The position numbers and the translations under genes are program-made. A DNA stretch of 33,573 nt from Cyanophora paradoxa CCMP329 (taxonomy: Eukaryota > Plantae > Glaucophyta). The notes beneath the pieces are model-generated. The model had not been told where the DNA came from. It saw only the letters and a list, made by a program, of their open reading frames with translations, and ran no database searches. Each line of letters opens with the position of its first letter. The first letter of the stretch is position 1. The stretch covers positions 1 to 33,573 of the forward strand of contig QPMI01000355.1 of NCBI GenBank assembly GCA_004431415.1. The letters run 5' to 3'. Shown here one piece after another: positions 1 to 12,225 of the stretch.

Positions 1-56
1 GGGGTATCGATATCGCGAAGCGGGTCGGCGCCAGAGGCTGCCGGCCAGCGGGCGCG

Positions 57-1039
57 ATGGAAGACCAAGACGACCTGTTCGACGCGCCGTCCGACCCGGT
101 GCGCCGCGCGTACGCGGCTGCACCACTCGTCGGCCGACGTCAACGCGCAGAGCCTCCTCGACGGCTTCGTCCACGTGGGGTTCGATGAGGAGTTTCCCAT
201 CTTCAGCTTGGAGCGGTTTGATCGGTGCGCCGCGTCCGTAGCCCCGCACAGCTACGCTGACCCCGCGCAGGCTCTCCCCGCAGCGGCCCGGCACGCTGCG
301 GCACGCGGCCATCGCGCAGAAGGTGCTGCTGGTGGGCACGAGCGGATGCCGCGTCCTTCGCGTGGACATGTCGGCGACCATGGACGTGGAAGGTGGGCGC
401 GCGGCGCGCGGCGGGGCGCGGCGGGGGCCGGGGCCGAGCGGGGCGGCAGACATCGAGGTGCCGAAGCGGAAGAGCGATGACGGGGTGCGGCGGGTGCACA
501 TGGACCCGAGCGGCCTGCACGCCCTCGTGACGACGACGAGCGACGAGACCTACCACCTCGCCCTCCCCTCCCGCAAGCTGCGGGCGCGCCCCCGCCCCGC
601 CCCGCCCCGCCCGGGACCCTGCGGCGGCGCCGACGCGAGTGCGCAGGTGCTGCCGAAGCTGCGGGGGATGGGGGTGGAGAGCGTGGGGTGGAGCCCGCAG
701 CGGCCCGACGAGGCGAAGACGCACGCGCTGCTCCTCGGGACCGCCACCGGGCAGCTCTTCGAGGCCTGCGTCCAGGACGGCCGCGAGCGCTACACCAAGC
801 TCGTCCGCCGCCCCGCCCCCGCCGCCGGGGCGCGGCGCCGAGGGGCGGGGCGCCGCAGGTGTACGAGCTGCCGGAGCGGGCGGCGGTGTGCGGTGTGCGC
901 GTGGAGCGCTTCCCCTCGGCGGGCGGGGGCGAGGAGGCGGCGCGGCTGCTGGTCTTCGTGGCGACGGCGACGCGCCTCTACCAGTTCATCGGGGCGCCCC
1001 CCTACGAGGCCCTCTTCGCCCTCCAGACCGTCCGCCCCG

Positions 1040-1071
<32 letters not shown>

Positions 1072-4000
1072 CCCGCGCGCCGCGACGGAGTTGGCGGGGG
1101 CGCAGTACGCGGCGCACCCGCCGTTCATCGAGCTGCCGGGAGCCTGCCCTACTCCTGCTTCGAGCTCTTCGGGAAGGCGTCGGGGGGGCGGGCGTCGGCC
1201 TTCGCGTGGCTCACGCAGCAGGGCCTCCACCTCGGCACCCTCTCCTTCGGGGCCCAGCGCCCCGGCGACTCCGCCATCGCCGACCAGGAGCTCCTCCCGT
1301 CCGCCCGCCCCGCCCCCCCGCCACGCCGGGCCGCCCACGGGGCGGGGGCGGGCAGGCTGGCGGCGCGGGGGAGGCCGGTGGCGCTGGCGCTCCTCCAGTG
1401 GCACGCCCTCGTCCTCCTCTCCGACCGCCTCCAGGCGCCCCCGCCGCCCCGCCCCCCGCGCCCCCCGCCCAGCTCACCCTCCCTCCTCCGAAGGCCCTCA
1501 ACCGCCTCTCCCACGAGGTCGTGTGGGAGCAGGCGCTGCCGGCCGCGCAGTACGGGGCGCCGGTGGGCCTGGTCCGGGACGCGCGGAGCGGGGCGGTGTG
1601 GCTGGCGACGGACACGGGACTCTGGCGCCTCCTCGTGGTCGACGAGGAGCGCGACATGTGGCTCGTGCGCGGCCCCCTCCCTCGCCTCGCCCTCGGCGCG
1701 GCGGCGGCGGACGCGGGGGGCGGCAGCTGCACGTGAAGCGCGGCTCGTTCGAGGAGGCGCTGCAGCTGTGCCGGGACGAGGCGCAGCGCGACCGCGTGCT
1801 CGCCGCGCACGCCGAGGCCTACTTCGCGCAGGGCCGCTACGAGCTCGCCGCCGAGCGCTTCGCGAAGAGCTCGCGCGGCTTCGAGGGCGTCGCGCTGCAG
1901 TTCCTGGGGGCCGGGGAGGCGGGGGCCCTGCAGCGCTACCTCGAGCTCAAGCTGGACCAGCTGCGCCCGCAGGAGGCCGCCTCGCGCCTGCTCATCGCCA
2001 CCTGGCTCACCGAGACCTACCTCGAGCGCCTGAACGCGCTGGAGGCCGAGGGCGAGGCGGGGCGGGAGGGCCTCGAGCGCGCCCGCGACAACTTCACCCA
2101 CTTCCTCACCGACAACCGCGACGTCCTCCACCGCGAGACCACCTACCAGGTCCGCAGCGGGGCCCGCCCCGCGCCACCCCGCGCTGGGCCGGGGGGCGTG
2201 CGAGCGGGGCCGGGGGCCGGGGGCAGGTGATCGCGTCGCACGGGCGGATGGAGGAGTACGCGGCGTACGCGGCGGTGCTGGGCGACCACGACCGCCTCGT
2301 CGCCCACCACGTCGAGCGCGTGCGCCCGCGCTGCCCCGCGCCGCGCCGCGCCCCCTGCTCCCTCCGTCTCGTCATCAGCGCGAGGGGCAGGGGGAGGTGC
2401 GGGAGGCGCTGCGGGCGCTCCTGGAGCAGCGGGACCCCGGCCTCTACGCCAAGTACGCCCCGGACCTCATCGCCGCCGACGTCCGCCCCCGCCCCCCCTT
2501 TCTCACCAGCGCCGCCCCCTCCCCGCCTCCCTCTGAGCGCCCCGCAGCCGGCGGGGACGGTGAACGCGCTGATCCGGGCGGCGGGGGTCGTGGAGCCGCG
2601 GGACGTGCTCCCCGCGCTGCTCCGCTACGACCCGGCGCGCCACAACCGGCCCTCGGACCCCGTCCACCACGCCGTCCGCTACCTCGAGCACTGCGTGGCG
2701 GCGCGGCGGGGCGGGGGCGGGGACCCCGCCGTGCACAACGCGCTGCTCCACATGTACGCGCACCTGCCCGACGAGGCGCCCCTCCTCCGCTTCCTCGAGG
2801 CCGCCGCCGAGGCCGCCCCGCCCCCCTTCGACGCGGAGTTCGCGCTGCGGCTGTGCGAGCGGCTGGGGCGGCGGCGGGCGTGCGTGCAGCTGCAGCGGGC
2901 GCTGGGGCACCACGAGCGGGCCCTGGAGGGGGCCCTCGGGGAGGACCTGGAGGCGGCCAAGCGCCTGGCGGGGACGGCGCGGGATCCCTCCGAGGACCCC
3001 GAGGCCACCCGCGAGCTCCGCCGCCGCCTCTGGCTCCGCATCGCCCGCCACGTCGCGGAGCGCACCGGCGACGTCCCCGCGTGCGCCCCCCGCGCCCCCA
3101 CGCGACCCTGGGCGGTCCGCCGCCTGCCCTGACACGGCCTTGGGGCGGGGCCGGGGCAGGACGGTGTCGGTGCTGCGGGAGAGCGGGGTGCTGCGGGTGG
3201 AGGAGGTGCTGCCCTTCTTCGGGGAGGCGGCGCACATCGGGGACGTGCGCGAGGAGGTCCTCCGCGCCCTCGCCGCCTCCAACGCCCGCACCGCCGCCCT
3301 CCGCGCCGCCGCCTGCGTCCGCCACCCGCTCCCTCCCCCTCCGCCCCGGCCCGACGCGCGCGCAGGAGGCGTCGGGGGCGGCGGGGGAGCTGCGCGGGGA
3401 CGTGAAGGAGCTGCGGGGGCGGGTGCAGATCGTGCCCGGGGAGGGGCGGTGCGGGGAGTGCCGCGCCCCGCTCCTCGCCCGCGAGTTCTACCTCTTCCCC
3501 TGCGGCCACGCCTTCCACACCGACTGCCTCCTCCGCCGCGCCCTCCCCGACCTCACCCGCCCCGAGCAGCTCCGCGTCGCCGCCATCGCCCACGCCCTCG
3601 CCGCCCTCCTCCCCGGCCCCGCCCCCGCCCCCGCACCAGCTCCGCCCCCGCCCCCGCCCCCGCCCCGCCCCCGCGGGGGCCCCGTCGCCGGCCCCGGCGG
3701 CGGTGCCGGCCGTCTCGCTGCCCGGGACGCCCTCGACCCCGGGGCTCCTCGCGACGGCGGCCGGGGCCGGGGCCGCCACGCCGACGCCGGGGGCACGGGG
3801 CCGTAAGAGCGGCGCGGGGCCGGCGGGGCTGCAGACCCCCGAGCAGCGGTCGCGGGCCTCGAGCCCGCGCCGCAACTCCGCCTCCTCCTCCGCCGCCGAG
3901 GCCGCCGCCGCCCTCGCCGCCTCCCTCGCCGGCCCCTCTGAGCGCGGCGGCACGGCGTGGGGCGGGGCGGGGCGAACGGGGCGGGGCCGCGGAGCGGGGT

Positions 4001-4301
4001 GTGGGAGGCGTGGGTGCGGGGCGAGGTGGCGCAGGCGGTGGGGCGCGCGACCGCCAGCGGCCGCTCGGGCCTCTCGACGGCCCTCAGCGCCCTCAGCCTC
4101 GGCCTCGTCGGGGGCGCCCAGGGCGGCGCCAAGCGCGGCCAGAGCGGGGAGGAGCTGGCGCGGGCGGAGCGGCTGCGGGAGGAGCTGGGGGAGTACGTGG
4201 CGCGGGAGTGCGTGGCGTGCGGCGACTGCGTGATCCGCGCCGTCGACCGGCCCTTCCTCGCGCCCCACGACGCCGACGAGCTCCGCCGCTGGGAGCTCTG
4301 A
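57..4301 (+). CDS. VPS18: Vacuolar protein sorting 18 (Pep3/deep orange; HOPS/CORVET subunit), about 15 exons
   Basis: Spliced product contains HVGFDEEFPIFSLERFD, VHMDPSGLHALV, VESVGW, LLLGTATGQLFEA, FIELPG, FAWLT, FEGVALQFL, IATWLTETYL, LWLRIARHV, LRVEEVLPFF and the split RING CGEC...FYLFPCGHAFHTDCL...ECVACGD..IRAVDRPF. Example introns: 99-150, 225-270, 393-449, 584-646 (GC-AG), 803-858, 1435-1493 (GC-AG), 2150-2226. One apparent 1-nt deletion near 1138-1140, and more in the low-complexity 3600-3960 stretch. Confidence 0.93.
1040..1070 (+). repeat. Poly-C homopolymer (about 31 C) inside VPS18 intron 1030-1105
   Basis: Directly visible run; its exact length is unreliable. Confidence 0.9.
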
Positions 4302-4456
4302 GCCCCGCCCCCGCCCCCGCCCGCGCCCCCCACCCCTCCCCTCTCCCCGACGCTGTGCGCGCAACGACGAGCTACACGCCCAACTGCGACTGAACGCGGG
4401 CGCCTGGGACGGTCTGCACAGAAAAAGAAAAGGACTACGGGGGAGGGGCCCCGGGG

Positions 4457-6262
4457 CTACCGGCGCGGGCTCCGGCTACGGCTGCGCCGGCGGTCGCGCC
4501 TGCCGCTGTCGCGGCCGGCGCCCGGGGCGCGGGGGTCGTAGGGGGCGGATGCCATGGCGGGGAAGGGGCCGGGGGCGGGGCGCCGCGGCCCATGGTGGCG
4601 GCGAGCATGGCGCGGAGGGCGGGGTTGGCGGCGGCCGCCGCCATCATCATCTGCCACTGCACCGCCATCACCCGCATCGCGTCCACGCCGTACATCGCCC
4701 CCCGCCCCGCCCCGCCAGCCGGCATCGCCGACTCCCGCCGCGGGCTCGCGCGCCGCGGCGAGCGCCGCCGGCGGCTCCGGTCCGGGGAGCGCGAGGGGAG
4801 CGCCGGCGGGGCTCGGGCGGGGCCGGATTGCGGCGCCCGTGGAGCGGGAGCGGGAGCGGCGAGGGACGGGGAGCGGGAGCGGCGGGCCGGGGGCGGGGAG
4901 CGGGAGCGCTTGCGGGGCGGGGGCGGGGAGCGGGACTTGCGGGGCTTGGAGCGGGAGCGGGAGCGGGAGCGGCGGCGGTCCTCGTCGGCGACGATCTTCT
5001 CGGCGACGGGCGAGGTCGAGCGCCGCCGCGAGGCCGACCGCGAGCGGCTCCGCGCCGCCGAGCGGGAGCGGGAGCGGCTGCGGGGGCGGGACGGGGAGCG
5101 GGACTTGGAGCGGGGGGAGCTCGAGCGGCGCGACCGGGACGAGGCCTTGGACGGGGAGCGCGAGACGGGCGAGGGGGACCGCGAGGCCGCCCGCCCCGCC
5201 GGCGACCGATCGCGCGAGCGCTCCGCCCCGCGCGCCGGCGAGGAGCGGCCTGCCGGCCGCCGCGCGGTGCGCTCCCGCTGCTTCACGGCCGTCGAGTGGC
5301 GGCGGCCCATCGTGTGCGCCTTCCAGTCGTGTGCGTTGATCACCCGCACGTTGCACACGCGGCACTCGTACAGGTACACCCGATTCTGCGCCTGCCCGCC
5401 CCGGCCCCGTCGGCCCCGGCGAGGCCGGGCCCGAGCCGCCCCGCGGCACCTCGGCTTCCCGCGACCGCTGCTTGTCCCGCTCGCGCTCCGCCCGGTCGCG
5501 CTCGCGCTCGCGCTCGCCGCCGCGCCGCGGGCTCCTGCTTCTCCTGGAGCGACTCCTGCGGACCCCGGCGTCGGCGCCTTTCGTTGGCAAGACCGGCGGC
5601 GCTGCCTCGGACCTGTCGGCATCCCGGTCCTCTTTTTCTCGGCTCGGGGAGCCCTTGCTCTGTTTCCGAGAGGATCAGACCTTTTTCAGCCCGACGCTGC
5701 AAGTGCGCTAGGGAGGAAAAGGAGGCATAAACGATGCAGAGACGTAATCTCTCTGCTGTTAACAGGGACGGGTCTAGGCATGCTTGTGCGAAGGCGGAAG
5801 GGAAAGCAGCGAAAGCCAGGGGTGCTTGCCGGCGGGAGCGGGGCCAACAACCGGGCAAATGGAGAAAAGGAAAATCGAGGCGTTGTGCCGCGAGCGGCAG
5901 GGAACGCGGATGGCCTCGGCATGGGGCGGGGGGAGTGGGAGGAGTGTTGCGGGAGGAACGTGGCGGGGACGCAGGAGGACGCGGCGGCACAAGACGACGA
6001 GACATGCCGCGTACCTGGCCGTCGTGCAGGATCGCGTCTAGGTCGTTGCGGCCGCTCCCGTCGCCAGCGCCATCGCGGTCGCGCGACCGATCTGGAGACC
6101 TCCCACGCTCGTTGCGCCGCTTTTCGATGCTCTCGCGGAGGTCCCTGCCGCGATCCTCCGTGTCGCTGCGGCGAGCTCCGGCTCAGTGCGTGCAGGCGGC
6201 TGGGCTTGAGCGCGAACGCGTCTCTGAGCACGTTCCGAAAGCGCTGCTACGCACCGATCCAT
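4457..6262 (-). CDS. RS/RD-rich protein with a U1-like (matrin-type) C2H2 zinc finger; probable splicing or RNA-processing factor
   Basis: Model: ATG 6262 (MDR), intron 6254-6166, exon DTEDRGRDLRESIEKRRNERGRSPDRSRDRD...HDGQ, intron 6014-5660, exon SKGSPSREKEDRD...RSRSPRR...EAE, intron 5449-5386, then NRVYLYECRVCNVRVINAHDWKAHTMGRRH (C-x2-C-x12-H-x5-H), a long RS tract and the end RDRRRSRSRSPRR*. Frame slips in G/C runs at about 4560-4860. Confidence 0.75.
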
Positions 6263-6390
6263 CCGCGTTGCGGCGGCAAAAGCTGCCACCCGGGTACAGT
6301 GGCTGGAGGACAGGGGGTACGTTGGTGAAGCAGGCAACGGTTAGTCCGCGCATGACGCTTTGATCGTTCGGCGGTGGCAGTAGCGGCATC
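6263..6390. promoter_or_regulatory. Putative bidirectional promoter between the RS zinc-finger gene and MPS1
   Basis: Only 128 nt separate the two divergent ATGs; GC content is lower than in gene bodies. Confidence 0.55.
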
Positions 6391-9300
6391 ATGGAGCAGA
6401 AGGAGAACCTCCAGCCGCTGGAGGAAGCTCCGGCCGCGGCTGGCGACCCCGCGAACCCGCTAGCCGCACTGAAGGAGCGGCTGCGCACGTTTCGCATTGG
6501 GAACTCCACTGCGTTACAACCGCTGTCTTCGGATGCTGTGGCAGCGACGCCGTTGGCGTCCAGGCAGGCACCGAAATCGTCGCAGGTGCGCACACTGACC
6601 TGTCAAACTGCCAGCGTGGCTGAGAGACTGCGCAGTCTCTGGGGGTTCCTGCGACGCCTGGAGGCGGGACAGGGCCAGCTTCAACGCCGCAGCCCGCGGC
6701 GAGGCAGGCGGTGGCCGGCGCCGCGCAACCGGCGTCCCAGACAAAGCGTCCGTCTTGGGAGACGGAGCTGCAGCGCATGGCCAGCGACGAGAAAGATTCC
6801 GTAAGACAGAAGCTAGCAGCGACAGTGCTGGCCGAGCCGGATCAGCCGGCAGCGTGGCTGGCTCTGATTGAGCACGAGAAGGGCCGTTGCGCGGCGGAGC
6901 CGGGCGCGAGGCTGACGCCGGTCCTCCGGCTGCACGACCTCGCGGTGCGGAAGCTGCCTCGAAACCGGCGAAACGACGCGTATGTAGGGATATACGTGAG
7001 CTACGCCGAGCTCCTGGGGTGCGTGCCTGCCTCGGCGCGGCGTCGTGGCGGTGGGCGGGGCTCGGCTCGGCTGTGACGCGCGGGGCGGGCAGGCGGACGA
7101 GCGCGGAAGAGGGCCGCGAGATGTTCAAGTTCCTGAAGAACGAGCGCGTCGGGGAGGACTCGGCCGGCTTCTACAGCGCCTGGGCCGACCTCGAGTTCCG
7201 CACCGGTGCGCCCTCTGCTCCCGCGCAGCTCTGCCCCGCCCTCTCCAGATCGCGCTGAAAAGGGCGGCGCCAGGGAACGCGGAGAAGGGGCGGCAGGTGC
7301 TGCAGAAGGGCTTCCAGCGGAGGGCGCGGCCGCTGGTGGCGCTGCAGGAGGCGTGGGGGCGCCACACGGGGGAGCCCGCCCCGGAGGCCCAGCCCGCCCC
7401 CGAGCCGTCCGGTACGGCCAACGCAACGCCGGCGGCCGCACCGGGGGCGGCGGGGGCGGGGGAGGAGACGGAGGGGACGGTGGCGGTGTCGCGGCGGGCG
7501 ATGGGCGAGCGGACGCAGTCCTCCGTCTCCTCCCACTCCTCCCACTCCTCCAACTCCTCCCGCGAGAGCGCCGGCAGCGGCACCGTGCGCCTCCGCCGCG
7601 ACGGCGGGCGCGCGGGCCCCGGGGACGAGGACGTGACGGTGAAGATGGGCGACCTCAACGCCTCCTTCGCGACCGCCGCCCCGACCCTCTCCCTCACCCC
7701 CTCCCTCCTCCTCGCCACCCCCTCCGCCTCCGTCGCCCGCCCCGCCCCGCCCGGCCTCCCCTCCGCGACGCCCTCCGCCCCGGCTGCCGGCGGGGAGGGG
7801 GCCGGGGAGGCGGCGCTGGCGACGCCCTCGTCGGGGGCCTTCGCGGGGCAGGAGAACCTCGTCGCCGCCGTCCGCCGCGACTTCGAGGTCCCCCACGCGC
7901 CCCCGCCCGATCCTCCTCGCCCGCCTGACCGACCGGCCCCGCGCGCGCGCGCAGCGGTGGCGCCCCGGTGCCGGCCGGCCCCTCGACGTGCAGCCCGCCA
8001 TCGAGGAGGAGGCCTCCGGCGCCTCGCCCCCGCAGCCCGCCCCGCCCCCGGCCCCGGCCCCATGCAGGCCCCCCTGCGCCTCCTGCTCCGTCTCCCTCCG
8101 CCCTTCCGCGCAGCTTCCGCCATCAGCGGCGCCCCTCCTCGCGCCCCCTCTCCCGTCCCGGCGGCCGCAGCTGCTGGCCCGAGCGGGACGGGGAAGCCGG
8201 CGGCGGCGGCGGCGCGGACGCGGCCCATGCTCGGTAAGCCTTTACGCGAGCGCGCGGGGCGGGGCGGGCGGTGACGGGGCGCAGGGGCGCTCTCGCTGCT
8301 GGGCCCTGCGCGGCGCGTGACCGCCGAGGACGCGACCGCCGCCCTCCTCCCGACGCACCGGAGGCCCCGCCCCGAGCCCCCGCCCCCGCGCCCTCCGCCC
8401 CCGGCCCCCGCCGGACCCTCGGCCCCGCCGCGGCCGCCGGGCCGCCCTCCGGTCTCCGCGGCAGCGCCCTCCGCCGGCGTCGAGGACGGCGCCCCGCGGC
8501 AAGCCGCCGCGGAGCCCTCCGCGCCGCCCGCCGCCAGCAGCCGCCCTCCGCCACTCCCGCCGGCCTCAGCGCGGGCGGCGGCGAAGCGCGGGAGGGGCGA
8601 GGGGAGGGCGGGCGGGGCCGAGGGGAGGCGGGGACGGGTCGGCGAAGCGGGCGGCGCTGGAGGGCGGCCCGGCGCCGGGGAGCCCCGTCTACGTGCGCGA
8701 GGAGGCCCGCGCCGCCGCCGCCGCCCCGCCGCCCCCACCTCCGCCCGCACGAGGAGGACGAGACCGTTCCAGCCGCCCCCGCTCCCGCCGCCCCCGCTCC
8801 GGCCGCCCCGCCCGCCCCGCCCAAGCCCCCGCCGAGCTGCATGTCCCTGCCCCTCCTCCGCCCCCGGCCGCGGCGCCCGCAGCGGCTCGCCCGAGGCCGC
8901 CCCGGGGCGGCGAGCAAGGGGTCACGGGCGCGGCGGCTGCGGGCCTGGCGGTCTCGCCGGCGGCGGCGGGGGGCCCGGGCTCGGGGTCGGGCTCGGGGAG
9001 GACGCCGGGGACGCCCCCGCGGGGGCGCGCCGAGGGCCCCATGTCGCACATGGCCAAGGACGGCTACTTCCGGGTCCGCGCGCCCCCTCCCGCCCCGCGC
9101 GCCGCGCCGCGAGCCGAGCTGAGGGGCGGGGCCAGATGAACGGGAGGGAGTACATCATGCTGGAGCTGCTGGGGCGGGGCGGGAGCTCGAAGGTGTACAA
9201 GGTGATGAGCCCCGGGAAGCACATCTACGCGCTGAAGCGGGTGCACGTGGACCCGCACGACCCCGAGGCGATCGCGAGCTTCACCAACGAGATCGACCTG

Positions 9301-10594
9301 CTCCGGCGCCTCAAGGGCCAGCAGCACATCATCCAGCTCGTCGACGCCGAGATCGACGCGCGCCAGGGCCTCATCCACGTCCTCGAGCAGGTCGGGGAGA
9401 TCGACCTGCACCACCTGCTGCAGCGCCAGGCCGGGCGCGGCCTCAACGAGAACCTCATCCGGCACTACTGGCAGCAGATGCTCGAGGCCGTGCACACCAT
9501 CCACGAGGAGCGCATCATCCACTCGGACCTCAAGCCGGCGAACTTCCTGCTGGTGCAGGGCGACCTGAAGCTCATCGACTTCGGGATCGCGCGGGCCGTC
9601 CCGAACGACACGACGAACATCGTGCGGGAGAACCCGGCGGGGACGCTCAACTACATGGCCCCGGAGGCGATCGACGGGGGCGGGGGCGGGCCGGGGGCCG
9701 GCCCGTGCCACAAGATCTCCCGCGCCTCCGACGTCTGGTCCCTCGGCTGCATCCTCTACCAGATGGTCTACGGCAAGACCCCCTTCAGCGCCATCACGAA
9801 CATGATGGCGAAGATGCGCGCCATCTGCAACCGCGAGCACCGCATCGAGCTGCCCCCGATCCCCGGCGGCGACCCCGCCCTCGCCGACGTCATCCGCCGC
9901 TGCCTCGACCGCAACCCGCGCGACCGCCCCACGTCCGCCTCTCGCCCCCCCTCTCGCCCTCCCCGCCTGCGGCCCTCACCGGCGCGCAGCATCCCCGAGC
10001 TGCTCTCGCACCCCTTCCTCAAGCCGTCGGCGGCGAACGCGGCGGCGGCGGCGGCGGGGCCGGGGGCGGGGGCGGGGCTACGGAAGGAGCAGATCGAGGC
10101 GATGATCCGGCAGGTGGCGGCGAAGCAGAGCGGGAAGATCAACGTGGAGACCCTCGCCGAGCACCTCCTCCAGCAGTTCGCCGCCAGCGGCCTCCCCGTC
10201 GCCCCCGGCCCTGCCCCCGCCGCCCCAGCAGCCCCCGCCGGCCCCTCCTCCCGCAAAGACTCGGGCGGCGGCAAGAGGCAAGCGAGCGAGCGCGCTCCGC
10301 CCCCGCCCCCGCCCCTGCCCCCCCGCTGACGTCCCCGTGCAGCTCCGGCGGCCGCGGCTCGGCGAGCTCCACCGCGGCGGCGGCGGCGGCCGGCGGCGGC
10401 AGCGGGCCTCCAGCGGGGCCCAGGCCTCCGGGCGGCCGGCCTCCTCGAGGGGGGGGCCCGAGGGGCACGCGCCGGCGTCGGCTACGCGCTCCAACACGAC
10501 CCGCTCCGCGACGGCAGCAGCGGCAGCCGCCGCCGCGGCCAGCACACGCCCCGCCTCCTCCGCCCGCCCCGAACGAGATCGAAAGAACTCGTAG
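6391..10594 (+). CDS. MPS1: MPS1/TTK spindle-checkpoint kinase with N-terminal KEN box and TPR domain
   Basis: Kinase exon at about 9137-9932: NGREYIMLELLGRGGSSKVYKV, YALKRV, NEIDLLRRLKG, YWQQMLEAVHTIHEERIIHSDLKPANFLLVQGDLKLIDFGIA, DTTNIVRE..GTLNYMAPEA, SDVWSLGCILYQMVYGKTPF. These are Mps1 signatures. The TPR is encoded at about 6830-7350. The stop position is uncertain because of frame slips in the low-complexity tail. Confidence 0.9.
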
Positions 10595-10762
10595 CCCCGC
10601 GCCGATCGAGCCGGGTCCTTTTCTTTGATGTTTCAGCTTAGAATAGAGAGCACACTTCTGCGTGCTAAATATCTGCATACAGCTCGCGATCGGGGATGAA
10701 GGATGCTGGGGTGCACATGGGTCGAGGGGGAAGGAGAAGAGAGAGTGGGTGGGCAGAGGCTG

Positions 10763-11915
10763 CTAGTCGGAGGATTCGAGGGGCGCGTCACCGTCGGCAG
10801 CGGGAGTGCTAGGGACGTCTCCGCCGGCCTCAGCGGCGCCCTTGGCGGGCTTCTTGGCGTCGCCGGCCGCCTCGGCGGGCGCGGCCGGTGCGGAGACCGG
10901 TGCGGTCCGGGGCGGTGCGGCGGGGGCGGCTTCCTCGCGGAGGCCGAACTGGTACCCGAAAGCGGCGCCGACGACGATGCAGGTGGCGATGGCGGCGAGG
11001 GCGAGGCGCGTCGTCTGGTCGGTCGCGGCGTAGGCCTTCACGGCCGCCACGTAGCGCTCCACGAACTCCCGCGCCTGCTGCATCGCCGGCTTCGGCGGCG
11101 CCTGCGCCCTCGCGGGGCCGGCCTCCCCCGCGCAGCGCTCCCGCACGCCCGTGTAGGCCCGGCCCCACTTCCGCAGCGTCTCCTGCACCGCCACGATCAC
11201 CGGCTCTGCGCCCGCCCGCGTCAGGCGGAGCGGCGGGGCGTCGGGTGAGCCGCGGGGTCCACCGCCGGAGGCCGTGCAGCGGGGCGGTGTGCGTGGGTCC
11301 GGGCATTGCTGCGGCGCGCGTCGACCCTCGCGGCCTGAGGTAAATGTGGCGGCCTGCCGCACCTGCATCATGTAAATCTCTTTGCCCGCCGGAAGTTCCG
11401 ACAGTGCGGACTGCAGCTCCGAGACGCCCATCTCCGCCGCGCCCATGAACTGGGCGGTGCGCGGGTCGCCCGGCTCTCCGACCAGGACAGCGATCCGCTT
11501 CTTGGACTCCGCGTGCATAAGAGTGTTGGCCGGATGCGGGCAGTTCGAAGACTCGCGGATCTCCAGCATCCGCTCCAGCTTGAAGTTCGAAAAGCTGCGG
11601 CGTGTACGTCAGAGACGAGTCTGGACTGTTCGAATGAGCCTCGGAGCGGGACGGCGTGTACGCCCTATGAAAAGTTTGCAAACGTCGAGCAAGCCCTTTC
11701 TGGCGTTGCTTCCGAAGCTAAGCTCTCGCAGGGCGGAAGGCCTGAGGCGCGCACATCGAGGGGCTCGCCTCCGTGAGCTGCTCGCCTGCTGCTGCTGGTT
11801 CGGCTGGCGCGGGCTTCTTTGCTTGGTACGCCGCGCCAGCCGCTGACGACGCCAGCGCGCCGCAGAGGCCGCAGACCGCGAGCACCAGGAGAAGGGCCGC
11901 AGCTGCCGGCCTCAT
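10763..11915 (-). CDS. Hypothetical signal-peptide-bearing single-pass membrane protein
   Basis: N-terminal MRPAAAALLLVLAVCGLCGALA (signal peptide). An intron at about 11754-11595 joins it in frame to IFSNFKLERMLEIRESSNCPHP..., followed by further GT-AG introns, a TM segment LALAAIATCIVVGAAFGYQF and an Ala/Pro-rich tail. No family recognised. Confidence 0.65.
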
Positions 11916-12225
11916 TCTTGTGAGGCGACTCAAAGCCACGTAGAACGTAGATGAGCGCCTATCCTGTGGCTATCGACCTTGTACCCCCGACCGCTAGCTT
12001 CACTTGGCTATCTTTGCGAATCCGGGCCTTGGAACTCAACATTCCATCAGCATCAACATCAGCATAAGCAGAGTAGAGTCCGAGCTCACCGCGCTGGGTT
12101 TCCGTGCCAGGCAGGCAGGACAGCTTTAGACTTCGGATTAATCGTAGCCGCCCGAGCTCGTGTCTGGGACAGTCAGCATAGCTTAGCGCGACTCAGCGCG
12201 ACACCGTCCAGGAGTGCGGCCCGAA

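Noticed and set aside
5-12. TATCGATA palindrome (DRE-like) upstream of VPS18
   Set aside because: A single occurrence at the window edge, not shared by the other promoters.
6330-6345. CAACGGTT upstream of MPS1 as an MSA (3R-MYB) mitotic element
   Set aside because: A single short match, not repeated and not seen upstream of the kinesin; too weak to call.
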